Below are positions 34,754 through 44,700 of a stretch of DNA of 64,000 nucleotides, in pieces. The first letter of the stretch is position 1; every line of letters starts with the position of its first letter. Source of the DNA: a virus (lineage: Duplodnaviria > Caudoviricetes); IMG/VR virus record IMGVR_UViG_3300033463_000054, positions 1 to 64,000 of that record; one strand, 5' to 3'. A model generated the notes under the pieces. It had not been told where the DNA came from. It ran no database searches and was given only the letters and a program-made list of their open reading frames with translations. The position numbers and the translations under genes are program-made.

Positions 34754-36202
34754 TTAATTATTTGATGTAGGGCCGAGACACATTATGCGAGCACCCATTC
34801 CCCTACTATAAGTACCTACGCTATAATGACAATGCCAAGAAAAAGATCCAGCAATTGTGGTATTAAGCCAAGCACCACCAAAACAAGCCATTCGATAATT
34901 ATTAAGATTTGAAGTAACATAAATATAATCACCTACAGGAGTAGATGAATTGGCGCCATTACCAACTAATGTTGGAAAAAACCCCCAATCGCAATCGTTA
35001 CTATACCCAAAATATTTAATATATTCGTTAGCATTAGTTATAGTAATACCCGTGGTTTTATAATTTTCAGTGCTTTTGCTGTCTTCATAATCAAAATCAT
35101 CACAGTAATATGGTATACCACCACGTTTTTTACTATTTCCTAAAATATTTAATCCGTTTATAATCTTATATACATTTCCCCAGTCGTTCTCTCTACCTCT
35201 GTATCTAATTGATAGTTTATCTGTTCCATCGGTAGCAGTATAAGTTGTGGCGCCTGTAGAAATATAACGGGTTGTGGTCGTTGCTACTCCTGTACCGTTA
35301 CCAATTGAACTCGTAGCACCTGTCTGAACACTACAACTGTCTACAGATGTGCTAGATATATTTGTAACCCCATCGCCTATTGCAGTCTGCATATTAAACA
35401 TGCTATACTCGATTACCATTAAAAGCTGTTCCATCGATACTACTTGAGCATTCTCGCTATGCCATTTTAAACCTCTATTCAGACACATCGATTCAATTCG
35501 TCGTGCACTTAAAACATGTTTATTACCAGAAGCAGGTTTAACTCCGGATATTGAACACATTTTATCAACAGTGTCATCAGCAATATATGTACCAAGCGTA
35601 TAATTACCATCGTCACTCATATCGTCATAAACTAAATACTTCGATTCGCTAACATCATAAATTGATCCTTCATAAGCTGAAATATAAATTCCATCCATCT
35701 CATTACCATTAGGATCAAGAAAAGCAGGATGAATTTTAAATCCCGGCCATTTGAAGTCGGAAATATAATAATCAGCTTTAAGAAGATGGTAACCTTCACA
35801 ATCGTGACCCGTTTCAGTTATAAGTTCTTTCTCAATAGGCACAACTTTATAATAGAACTTCGGCTGCCACACCATGACTTGTCCATTGCTGCCATCTTCA
35901 GTATATGTTAAATCTTCATACCACGCATTCACAGTTCCATCATCAGCGAGGTTACAAAGTCTACGTCCGCCATACATCGGGAACCTATCAAAGTCACTAC
36001 CAGCATTCAAACCCACAGCATCACCAAGTCGTGTGAATGTAGAATTTACAAAGTCTGCATGAAGACCTACCACGCCTTTAAGCGGATAATACCCAATATA
36101 ATCGCCAACATTGGTAAGCTCGTTTCTTAGATTAGCATCTTTAAAATATAGAGTCTCATTACTTCCAGATATAGGTACAGTACAAGAAACAATATCACTC
36201 AC
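34754..36202 (-). CDS. third paralog of the DGR targets, no longer matched to TR
   Basis: same protein core; C-terminal VR-equivalent differs from TR at many non-A positions and lacks the downstream hairpin. Confidence 0.85.
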   Translation of the reverse strand: MSDIVSCTVPISGSNETLYFKDANLRNELTNVGDYIGYYPLKGVVGLHADFVNSTFTRLGDAVGLNAGSDFDRFPMYGGRRLCNLADDGTVNAWYEDLTYTEDGSNGQVMVWQPKFYYKVVPIEKELITETGHDCEGYHLLKADYYISDFKWPGFKIHPAFLDPNGNEMDGIYISAYEGSIYDVSESKYLVYDDMSDDGNYTLGTYIADDTVDKMCSISGVKPASGNKHVLSARRIESMCLNRGLKWHSENAQVVSMEQLLMVIEYSMFNMQTAIGDGVTNISSTSVDSCSVQTGATSSIGNGTGVATTTTRYISTGATTYTATDGTDKLSIRYRGRENDWGNVYKIINGLNILGNSKKRGGIPYYCDDFDYEDSKSTENYKTTGITITNANEYIKYFGYSNDCDWGFFPTLVGNGANSSTPVGDYIYVTSNLNNYRMACFGGAWLNTTIAGSFSWHCHYSVGTYSRGMGARIMCLGPTSNN

Positions 36203-36241
36203 TGTGCATTCTCCTTTCCATTTTGATTGAATTTACTTAGG

Positions 36242-37213
36242 TCAGGACACAGTGACTGTATCTGCTGTACCAGTGAATGTCGGGGTGGAAATTGTGCCTG
36301 CAGGAGTAATGTCACCATTAGAGGTAAGAGTGCTTCCTGTGAATGTCGGCGTGGAAACAGTACCTTCAGGAGTATATGTACCGGTTGCAGTAGCGCCTGT
36401 CATGAATGTCTTAGCAGTATCGGCTGTCGGAAGTGTACCGGGTGTGTAGCTAAGATTCTCCGTAGCGCTATCATAGCTAAATACGGGAAGCGTACCAACT
36501 GCCGTTATACCTGTAACGGAGCCAGTGGTAGGTGTAACGCTAATATTCACGCTACCCTGTGTACCTGTGAATGTGGGAGTGGAAATTGTGCCTGTAGGAG
36601 TACCGGAGACTTGTACCGGCATGAGATTACCAGTAAATGTCGGGGTAGAAATTGAACCTGCAGGAGTAAAGCTACCCGATGCACTATCCTTAAATGCCAG
36701 ATCGCCAAGACCAGACATATCGCCGAATTCGCTCCAATACAGCCCATCAAAGATAAACTCCTGATGAGAGTAGATAGCGATGTCTCCATTTTGAGCTTCA
36801 ACCGGTTCGCCGTTAATGGTAATCGGGTTGGTAGACGCTCCATCGGTGAGGGCAGTAGTAGTCGTGCCGAGGAAGTGTATACCGCCCTGTCCGCCACCTC
36901 CGCCACCACCGGAAGCAGCACCTCTAAAGGGACACTCGGCAAAGAGCTGTGCATGACACTCAAGAGTAGTCTCGCCAAGTGTGTATATCTTATTGTCAAG
37001 AACAGTCGTCACAAGACCCATCTGACCAGCCTTGAGCAGTATAACATTGTCAGCTTCTGCCACTATGCCAGACGTATCAGACATGTAAATATCAGTGTCA
37101 CCAAGATTGCGCACCCAGACATAAACACTGTCCTTCTTACCGCCAAAATTGAACTTCTCAAACACTATTTCCTGTTCAGCAGCAGTCGTTATCACTGTTT
37201 TTATTTGTATCAT
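36242..37213 (-). CDS. tail fibre/structural protein with five GTISTPTFTG-type repeats
   Basis: N-terminus paralogous to 27782..29176; poly-Gly linker; Thr/Gly/Pro-rich repeats. Confidence 0.7.
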   Translation of the reverse strand: MIQIKTVITTAAEQEIVFEKFNFGGKKDSVYVWVRNLGDTDIYMSDTSGIVAEADNVILLKAGQMGLVTTVLDNKIYTLGETTLECHAQLFAECPFRGAASGGGGGGGQGGIHFLGTTTTALTDGASTNPITINGEPVEAQNGDIAIYSHQEFIFDGLYWSEFGDMSGLGDLAFKDSASGSFTPAGSISTPTFTGNLMPVQVSGTPTGTISTPTFTGTQGSVNISVTPTTGSVTGITAVGTLPVFSYDSATENLSYTPGTLPTADTAKTFMTGATATGTYTPEGTVSTPTFTGSTLTSNGDITPAGTISTPTFTGTADTVTVS

Positions 37214-37240
37214 TAGGATTGCTCCTTTCTATTTTGAAAT

Positions 37241-38203
37241 TTAATAAGAATTCGGTAATACACCGCTTTTAAGACCGGTATATACATCATAAAACATATC
37301 TTTAATAAATGATGCGTAATCCTTATTTAATTTATCGCTAGTATTTTTTATTTTTGAAACATAAAACAAACTACAATCGCCAAATATTGCCATGCTATCA
37401 TTACCGCCCAGATTCATAGTCCATGTATTTTGACCCGGAATCCCTTCAGAATAACTATCATTATCTATAGTCGAACCGTATGAAAACCAAGTAGACATCC
37501 AATCGACAACCGTTGTTACTGATACACTAACTCCAATAATAGGTTGTCCCGACGTAGAATTTATATGATAGTAATAAGTCGGTCCGGATACTGTAGCTGT
37601 GATTGAATTACCAATATCATCTATCTGTCCATGATAACCTGTTAAATATCTATTTCCTACATGATCTCCTATGTTTTTTGTGTTTATCCAACGATATAAT
37701 GGTGTAGTTCTATATATTGCTGATGCGCCTGTTGTAGGATACTTGCCATCAACGCCGGTATACCATACTTCAAAAAACAATGGTACATCAGAATCAAGCC
37801 ATGTATATTGATACTGTAAATCCTCCAAAGGTGTCCGATAACCCAAACTATAACTATAATTACTAGAAAATAACATATCTATAAATTCATATAGTTTACC
37901 GTTATTAGTTTTAAAATTTGGAACATACATTTTAAATCGATATTTTCTACCATAATTAAACTCGCCTACATTTTGAAAATATTGAGTGTTAAAACTTACT
38001 CCATGTTCTCCATCATCACCATTTGAAAATATATTTACAGTAGGATCTATCATATCGTTAACATTCACTAATGCTCTATTATACAAATAACCTGTTGGCG
38101 GAATATACGTATTATTCGATAATGCGGTCAATGTCATTCCACTATAAGACCCACTTCCACCCATCATTATTCTAGCAGCATTGTAATTATCGCTCATATA
38201 CAA
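37241..38203 (-). CDS. putative baseplate/receptor-binding protein
   Basis: N-terminal NYNAARIMMGG shared with the adjacent gene; Tyr/Asn-rich. Confidence 0.55.
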   Translation of the reverse strand: MYMSDNYNAARIMMGGSGSYSGMTLTALSNNTYIPPTGYLYNRALVNVNDMIDPTVNIFSNGDDGEHGVSFNTQYFQNVGEFNYGRKYRFKMYVPNFKTNNGKLYEFIDMLFSSNYSYSLGYRTPLEDLQYQYTWLDSDVPLFFEVWYTGVDGKYPTTGASAIYRTTPLYRWINTKNIGDHVGNRYLTGYHGQIDDIGNSITATVSGPTYYYHINSTSGQPIIGVSVSVTTVVDWMSTWFSYGSTIDNDSYSEGIPGQNTWTMNLGGNDSMAIFGDCSLFYVSKIKNTSDKLNKDYASFIKDMFYDVYTGLKSGVLPNSY

Positions 38204-39125
38204 TCACTCCTGTACTATCAATTTCTTTATAATGATTAGGAAATGGATCGTAATACGTATTAATAGCATTAATTTTAGCAATGTGATACATCAATTCTTC
38301 CATAGAAACAGAATGCCATATTACGGTACTATTCCAAGGAGTATAATGATTGGTACTAACCACTGAATATGAAGCATCTTCCCATTCTGCGCCTGACTCA
38401 TAAGCCCCTCGATGTATTCGTACACCTGATCGATACGGTCCAGACGATTCTAATACAAAATGTCCACTACCAACTGTGTATCCAGATTGTTGCACGCGTA
38501 TCCTATTTTCAGGATTAGCCATCATTGTCCAAAATTCCTGTCTAAGTTTACCAATATCAGTATATTTATCAGGGGCCGTATATAATGTATAGTCTTCTCT
38601 AGAATATAATTTTAATTCATTATCTGTAGAAGTAATGAATAACGGCACGTCTATTCCGGTTTTATAGAAAGCAAATAATGTGTTAGCATATATTACATAG
38701 CTATCAACATAAGAATAATCCAAATCATGATAACCGGTACCAGCGTCATTTATGAATCCGTAATACATATACCAAGAATATGATGGATTAAAAACAATAT
38801 GAGTTATAGGAGTTTCGTTGTCGCTACTATTTGCAATAGATTTAGCGCCCATTCTAACATCGATCTCATAATCGTCACCCATTTTGAACACTATATGATA
38901 TGCCGATCCTGCAAAAAACTCATCATAAACATTCCAATTGTATACAAAAGGGTTTTGTTGGTTATAATACCGCTTCGTAGCAACCTTAACCTTGTCCCAC
39001 ATCTCGTTTTGTATAATACTTCCGCTTGGAGCAAATTCTCCGTTAGCTATAATAAGTTTATTTACTTTAGTAACGTTGCCGCCCGGACCATCCATCATTA
39101 TTCTGGCAGCTTCTATATTATTCAA
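38187..39125 (-). CDS. putative baseplate/receptor-binding protein
   Basis: probable TTG start after AGGAGG; NIEAARIMMDG motif. Confidence 0.55.
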   Translation of the reverse strand: MNNIEAARIMMDGPGGNVTKVNKLIIANGEFAPSGSIIQNEMWDKVKVATKRYYNQQNPFVYNWNVYDEFFAGSAYHIVFKMGDDYEIDVRMGAKSIANSSDNETPITHIVFNPSYSWYMYYGFINDAGTGYHDLDYSYVDSYVIYANTLFAFYKTGIDVPLFITSTDNELKLYSREDYTLYTAPDKYTDIGKLRQEFWTMMANPENRIRVQQSGYTVGSGHFVLESSGPYRSGVRIHRGAYESGAEWEDASYSVVSTNHYTPWNSTVIWHSVSMEELMYHIAKINAINTYYDPFPNHYKEIDSTGVIVYER

Positions 39126-39232
39126 GATGTGAGACCTCCTTTCTGTTAAAATGTTTTCTGGAAAATACCTTCTGGGAAAATTTTCCATTTTGAATTCTTG
39201 AAAAATGTTGAATGCTAATGAAACTTTTTCAT

Positions 39233-40852
39233 TTAGGAATTGTTGTTAGATGGAAAATACGTGCCTTTAGCTACATCTTCCTTGGTTATGTCGCTGCGTT
39301 CATCACCTGAGCCAGTTGCAGTATAAACTTCTTCATGATCAGCCGTCTCGGTAACAACAGTATTATCATCAATCTTCTTAACTCTTGTTGGTTCAACCAT
39401 CTGATAATAAGTTGTTCCATTTTGAGCAACCGCCTGAAGTATACCTGCCGATTTAGCTTTTGCTCGATCGTAATATTCGGTGAGCATCTTTGGACTCGTC
39501 GGAATAGTATAGTTATCATAAATTTGAAATCTATACTCTGTAGCTCCGGGATTATCGAGATCCATAGATAAAGCTGAACAAACAAATTCATCATTATCGT
39601 ACTCATCCTGTCCATGAGCATCACCGGCATTAAAGTACGCTCCCCAACCAATATTTAAAAAGTTATTAGGATTAAACTGAGATTCGTCACTATCATGTTC
39701 AAACATATCAGCTAAAAGTATTGGAGTATATCCTTCATCTCGTACTTCTGACAACCAAGCAAGTTCTACAGCCGTTACATTAAATTCACACGCTTTTCTC
39801 TTTTCATATGCTGTAAGATTAGCTTGTGCTACAGCTTCAAGGGTTGTTCTATCAGTACATTCACTATAATCTATAGTTTTTTCTATATAGCCGTACTCTC
39901 CAAGCAACGAACTAGCCATATAATCACTAGTCGCCATATACGCTTTGTAGTTTTCACCTGACGGAGAATGCCATGTGCAATCTTCACTCAAACGTATTTT
40001 ATTGGCACCAAGAGGTATAACTGCATTATAAATTTCGAGACCGTCACCATTATTCTTATAATCTACCAAGTTGTTAGCGAATTCTATACGTTTTACAGAT
40101 TCGCCCCACGGTAAATATGCTACAAATAAAGTAAGACCATCGCCACTATCGTCCCTATATTCAGCCCATATACCAACTTTAGGATCAAGCCCTGCTATTT
40201 CACTAAACATATCGAAGAATGTTCTATAGTCGTCTATACTAGCATACGTAGCATAATTTATATACCCATTATATGAATCGGGATCTGTTGGATCATACGG
40301 GGTTACAACTACGAAACTATCAAACTTTCTTTTATATGCTTTTGTTGTAACAATGGCGTTGTATTCCCCAAAAAGCTCATCCATAAGTTTGATTGCGGAC
40401 ATGTTATATGCTTTATTTTCGTTTTGACCAGACGCCCAGAAATATTTCCTAGGACGAACCATAACATCGTTAAGAAACGCAAGAGCTCCTTCACAAGTAA
40501 TGTTTCGTTCAAGATTAAAAGTCTTTTCAATTGTTAATACACGACCATACCATATATTATGTCCATTTGTATAAGTATGATGTTCTGCATCGTAATCGCA
40601 ATCTATATCGACTTTAATAGTTGTGCCTAAAGGAAACATTGAATTAACTAAGGGATGCTCAGGACCAATTGTAAACGTAAGAGATCCAGCTCTATTCATT
40701 TCTTTTTCCATTTTGATATTATAAGCAAATGCTTTATCCTGCTCAATAGGAGACCCATAAATAAAGTCTGGAAAATTCTCTGCGGCATGAACTAATTGCC
40801 AGTTATAAGTTGTTGAATGAACACTGGTATCAGCAAAAATATAAAATTTCAC
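39233..40852 (-). CDS. tail tip/Tal-like (prophage tail endopeptidase family) protein
   Basis: AGSLTFTI.PEHP, IWYGRV, ITCEGALAFLND, IEFANNLVD, YNAVIPLG; follows the Dit gene. Confidence 0.75.
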   Translation of the reverse strand: MKFYIFADTSVHSTTYNWQLVHAAENFPDFIYGSPIEQDKAFAYNIKMEKEMNRAGSLTFTIGPEHPLVNSMFPLGTTIKVDIDCDYDAEHHTYTNGHNIWYGRVLTIEKTFNLERNITCEGALAFLNDVMVRPRKYFWASGQNENKAYNMSAIKLMDELFGEYNAIVTTKAYKRKFDSFVVVTPYDPTDPDSYNGYINYATYASIDDYRTFFDMFSEIAGLDPKVGIWAEYRDDSGDGLTLFVAYLPWGESVKRIEFANNLVDYKNNGDGLEIYNAVIPLGANKIRLSEDCTWHSPSGENYKAYMATSDYMASSLLGEYGYIEKTIDYSECTDRTTLEAVAQANLTAYEKRKACEFNVTAVELAWLSEVRDEGYTPILLADMFEHDSDESQFNPNNFLNIGWGAYFNAGDAHGQDEYDNDEFVCSALSMDLDNPGATEYRFQIYDNYTIPTSPKMLTEYYDRAKAKSAGILQAVAQNGTTYYQMVEPTRVKKIDDNTVVTETADHEEVYTATGSGDERSDITKEDVAKGTYFPSNNNS

Positions 40853-41484
40853 AGACTCACCACCCTCGTGTAAGTAGGAGGTGTTGCTCCATCAGATACA
40901 TACTTCATCTTATAGGGATAAACGTCATAGCTTATAGTGAGCGTAGAATAGTTATTTTGAGTTTCGAAACCAGAGACATTTACTCGACCTGACCAATACC
41001 ATTCACGATTACTGAACTGATCAACAAAATCATTCGTAGGTGGTACAGGGGGTTGAGGTCTGCTAGCATCGAGATTATTAAACTTCTCGAAATATGCATC
41101 GGAGCATTCATCAAAGAACTGAATGTTTACCACTTGGCCATGAAGGAAGTTCATTATCTCGCTGTAACGTTCCCACCAATACTTTTCAAGCTCGGGTCGG
41201 CCTTCGGAGTTAATGGATTTGTTCATGAGTATGAATTCCATTGATCCGGATCGGTTTTCGAATCGGGGAGCACCTGTCAGAACATTTGAGAGATCGAGTT
41301 TGGAATGCGCTCCCGGTATATCGACGTAATTTGTCTTAACGTTAGGAGGCGCTGTCTGCGGTCTCTTAGAGGGTATCAGATGCCAGTCAAGCCAAGTATG
41401 TTTGGAAACCTCTACATTAGTATTGTTACGGGTTTCTTTCTTAGTGAATAACACGGCATGAGTACCGTCGTATATCGCATACAT
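40849..41484 (-). CDS. distal tail protein (Dit-like)
   Basis: HTWLDWHLIP...PPNVKTNYVDIPG...LDLS...YWSGRV; directly after the tape measure. Confidence 0.75.
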   Translation of the reverse strand: MYAIYDGTHAVLFTKKETRNNTNVEVSKHTWLDWHLIPSKRPQTAPPNVKTNYVDIPGAHSKLDLSNVLTGAPRFENRSGSMEFILMNKSINSEGRPELEKYWWERYSEIMNFLHGQVVNIQFFDECSDAYFEKFNNLDASRPQPPVPPTNDFVDQFSNREWYWSGRVNVSGFETQNNYSTLTISYDVYPYKMKYVSDGATPPTYTRVVSL

Positions 41485-41533
41485 TAGAGTTGTAACCTCC
41501 TTTTATTTCATTTTGATCATCTAAACAACTCAA

Positions 41534-41667
41534 AGCAAAGCGTATCAAATGCAAGTTATGTTTAACGAGCAACCAAGACGTGAGGTGACATCTATATAAA
41601 CAGTCGTGGTGGCGGAAACTGTCAGGAGTAATCGTCATTATGAGGGAGGTCTTGTATACGCTCTGCT
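41534..41667 (-). ncRNA. candidate structured non-coding RNA
   Basis: 12-bp closing stem (41534-45 / 41656-67, one G-U on minus strand); nested CAAGAC/GTCTTG and TGACA/TGTCA or ACAGT/ACTGT stems. Confidence 0.4.
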
Positions 41668-41694
41668 GTCAATTGTTTATATATAAAAAAAAAT

Positions 41695-41734
41695 GCCTAC
41701 TAACTCAACCGTTAGCGCGATCAAGCTAGTAGGC
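41695..41734 (-). terminator. intrinsic terminator after the tape measure gene
   Basis: GCCTACTAGCT/AGTTAGTAGGC stem followed by A and a T9 run on the minus strand. Confidence 0.75.
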
Positions 41735-41767
41735 TAAAAACAATGGAGGACTAATTAATTATTTTGA

Positions 41768-44700
41768 TCAAACACCGCGAGCTTTGAGTGCTGAAGCGAC
41801 ACCAAGATCTTTATTGGTAAACTGAGATATTAGTTTCAACTGAGCAGCGTTAATGGTTGCGGGGACAGGTGTCGTCGCGGAAGTATAGGTATTATCGTTA
41901 ATCATGCCAAGATATGTCAGCATACTGTTCTGGATTGTACTCATCTCATTGACCTTATTGTAAATAGAAGCAGTATTAGTTTCTATACTCATCAGGTAAT
42001 CGATTGTGGATCTAGCAGTCTGAGCAGCAGATTGAGATGTCGTGCCGGTTTGCTGTCCATTTTGAGCAGTACCGGTCTGACTCTTTGTGCCAGTATAATT
42101 GGTCTTTGTGCCACTTGTCTGCTGACCATTAACCTGAGACGTTTTAGCCTGCGAGTTCTGAGCATTTTGAGTAGCATCAGCCATCATCATTACACCATCA
42201 GCTGTAGTCTGTTGAGCTTGAGTCTGCTCTTGCATAGCGGTGATGCCTTCTTCAAAGTACATCATGTCTGTAGGATTATAGAACTTGAATTTACCGTCGT
42301 CGGTCATTATAGGCTTACCGTTCTTATCGGTAATAAGCACTCTATAGTAACTCAACTGTTTGCCATAATATTCCTTACCGAGATAATCCTTGTCCTTAAC
42401 AAACTTATATACGCTCTTGTTCTCAGCCTCGATGTATTTACCTGTTTCAGGATCATAGAGCACATTCTTGCCATTCTTAGATTTACTAGGCGTACCCTTA
42501 CTATTAGTTATTAGAACTTTACCATTACCGAGATCGTATCCGAAATAGGCTTTACCATTTTTATCATCGCCCCAAGTATATCTAGCAGTTTGAGCTAAAT
42601 AATCCTTGTCGTAAATCTTAGCAGTAACGTCTTTAATATACATATCTTTTTGCTGCTGTATAAGGTTAGCCTCTTTTTCTTTAGCCTGATCTTCGGCCAT
42701 AAGAGCGTTCCAAAGAGCAATATTAGCTTCCATGGTCTTAGTGTCCATAGTAATCATGTTACCCTTGGCGTCACTAACCATACGCAGATCCTTATCAACC
42801 TGATACCAGAAATCGGATCCAACATCACGCTTCCACCAAATTTCAGGATCGTTGTAATCCTTTGCAAGGTTATAGCCGTTATCCTTAGCCGCTTTCTCAA
42901 CCTTTTTAGCGGTTTGCTGGAATATAGGAGCAACGAGATTAAGAGTCTTAGCAGCTTCGATATAAGTGCCGTCGAGACCTCTGAGGACCATGTTGTCGTC
43001 TTTGGATTGTCCAGTATAGCCTGCGATCTGATCTTTAACTTCCTGACTAGCATTAGCAAAGTTAGAATTATTAGTCATAGAGTCGGCAAGACCGTCCATA
43101 TAGGCAGTTCCATCAAGAGCTCCAAGATCGCCAAAGTCATTTTGACCAAATCCATACTTGTCATACAGCGATGCAAGATCCATTTCAGGCATCTTAGTCA
43201 TTTCGCCGAGATCAAGTTCAGGGAGTTTAAGATCGTCAGTATTAAGGAGGTCTTCCATGTTAAAGTTACCAGCAGCTTCAGAAATAGCATCTGCTATAGG
43301 GTTCTCACCTTCGCCGAGTTTGAGGAATTCACTGAAATCGAGCCATTTCTGACCATCTTCACTTTCAAACAGATCAGTTATACCCAAGAAGTCAGTAACC
43401 TCTTTAAGTGTTTCTTCATTAAGCAAAGACGATGTATCCCAGTTCCATCCAACAGCTTCAGTAAATGCCGTTACGGGATCTTTACCTTGAGCCATATACT
43501 GCTGCCATGTTTGAATAGTATCCTGAGCCTTACCGGAAAGTTTCTCCCATGAAAGATTTGTTTTGATTTTCTGATAAAGTTTAGAATTAGTGTCAAGACC
43601 TATAGCATTAGCAAACTGATCCACAGACTCGCCGAAGTTAAACTGTATACCGGATTTCTCAAGCCATGAATCAAACTGTGTCTTGAGATCATTAAGAGTC
43701 GTACCGAACGTGCCGGATACCTTAGACGCAACATCTTTAAGTCCAGCAGCCCATGCCACATTACCTGCATTACCGGAGAACAAGTTAGCAATTACAGACC
43801 AGAAACTATCGACAAATCCCTGACCAGCATTAGCACCGGCTGTTACACCAGTTTGTCCGCCCCATTTAACCATTGAGGCTTCAGCTTCAGCTTCGGTAGC
43901 GCCCTTATAAGTGGGATCATTTTTAGCTTTGTTTTTGAGTGCTTCTATTCTAGCCGCCGTATCAGGACTAATATTGACAGTAACGTCATCACCGATAATA
44001 TTACCATCGCCAGATACGCCACCGCCAAGACCAACGTCTTCAGCATTTTCCCAATACGAATCTAAAACGCCAAACCTTTGTTCAATTTCACTTGCTTGAT
44101 AACGATCGTTAATATTAGATTTAATACTCTTTAAATATTCTGAATTCTTTCTTTCGTATTCAACCTGCTGCTCCATAGAAGTTTTCATTGCTGCACTTCT
44201 AGTAGCTTCGGCTTCACGCTGTCTTGATTTTAAACTGATTTGGTTTCCTTCAGAATCTATAAATGTACCACCTGCACGAATATAAGCTTCAACAATGTCA
44301 TCAGTAGTGGGTTTATCTTCACCCCAAAACGCAGGATCGAACGAATCATTAAATAATTCAACAAGTTCGTCTTGTCTAGCATACGACCATACATTGTCGC
44401 TATCTATAAGCTTTCTAAACGCATCTTTTGTAGCAACCGTATAATCAACTATACCATTAATTCTCTGCATATCAGCAGTGGATTGATCGAAATATGATCT
44501 ATAATTTTCTTTAGCCTGTTCATCAAGCGATTGTAGTCTCTTATTCTCCTGACGAGCATCATAAATTTGAGCACCAAGATCTTTAAAGTAATTGGTCCAT
44601 CCCATTTTGAGTATTCCAATTACTGCTTCAGCCATGTCGCTCGTTTGCTTAAGTATGTCACCAACAGCAAGAAGCATCGAATCTACAACCAATGTTGTGA

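Noticed and set aside
34779-34890. Third active VR
   Set aside because: Many mismatches to TR at non-adenine positions and no downstream hairpin element.
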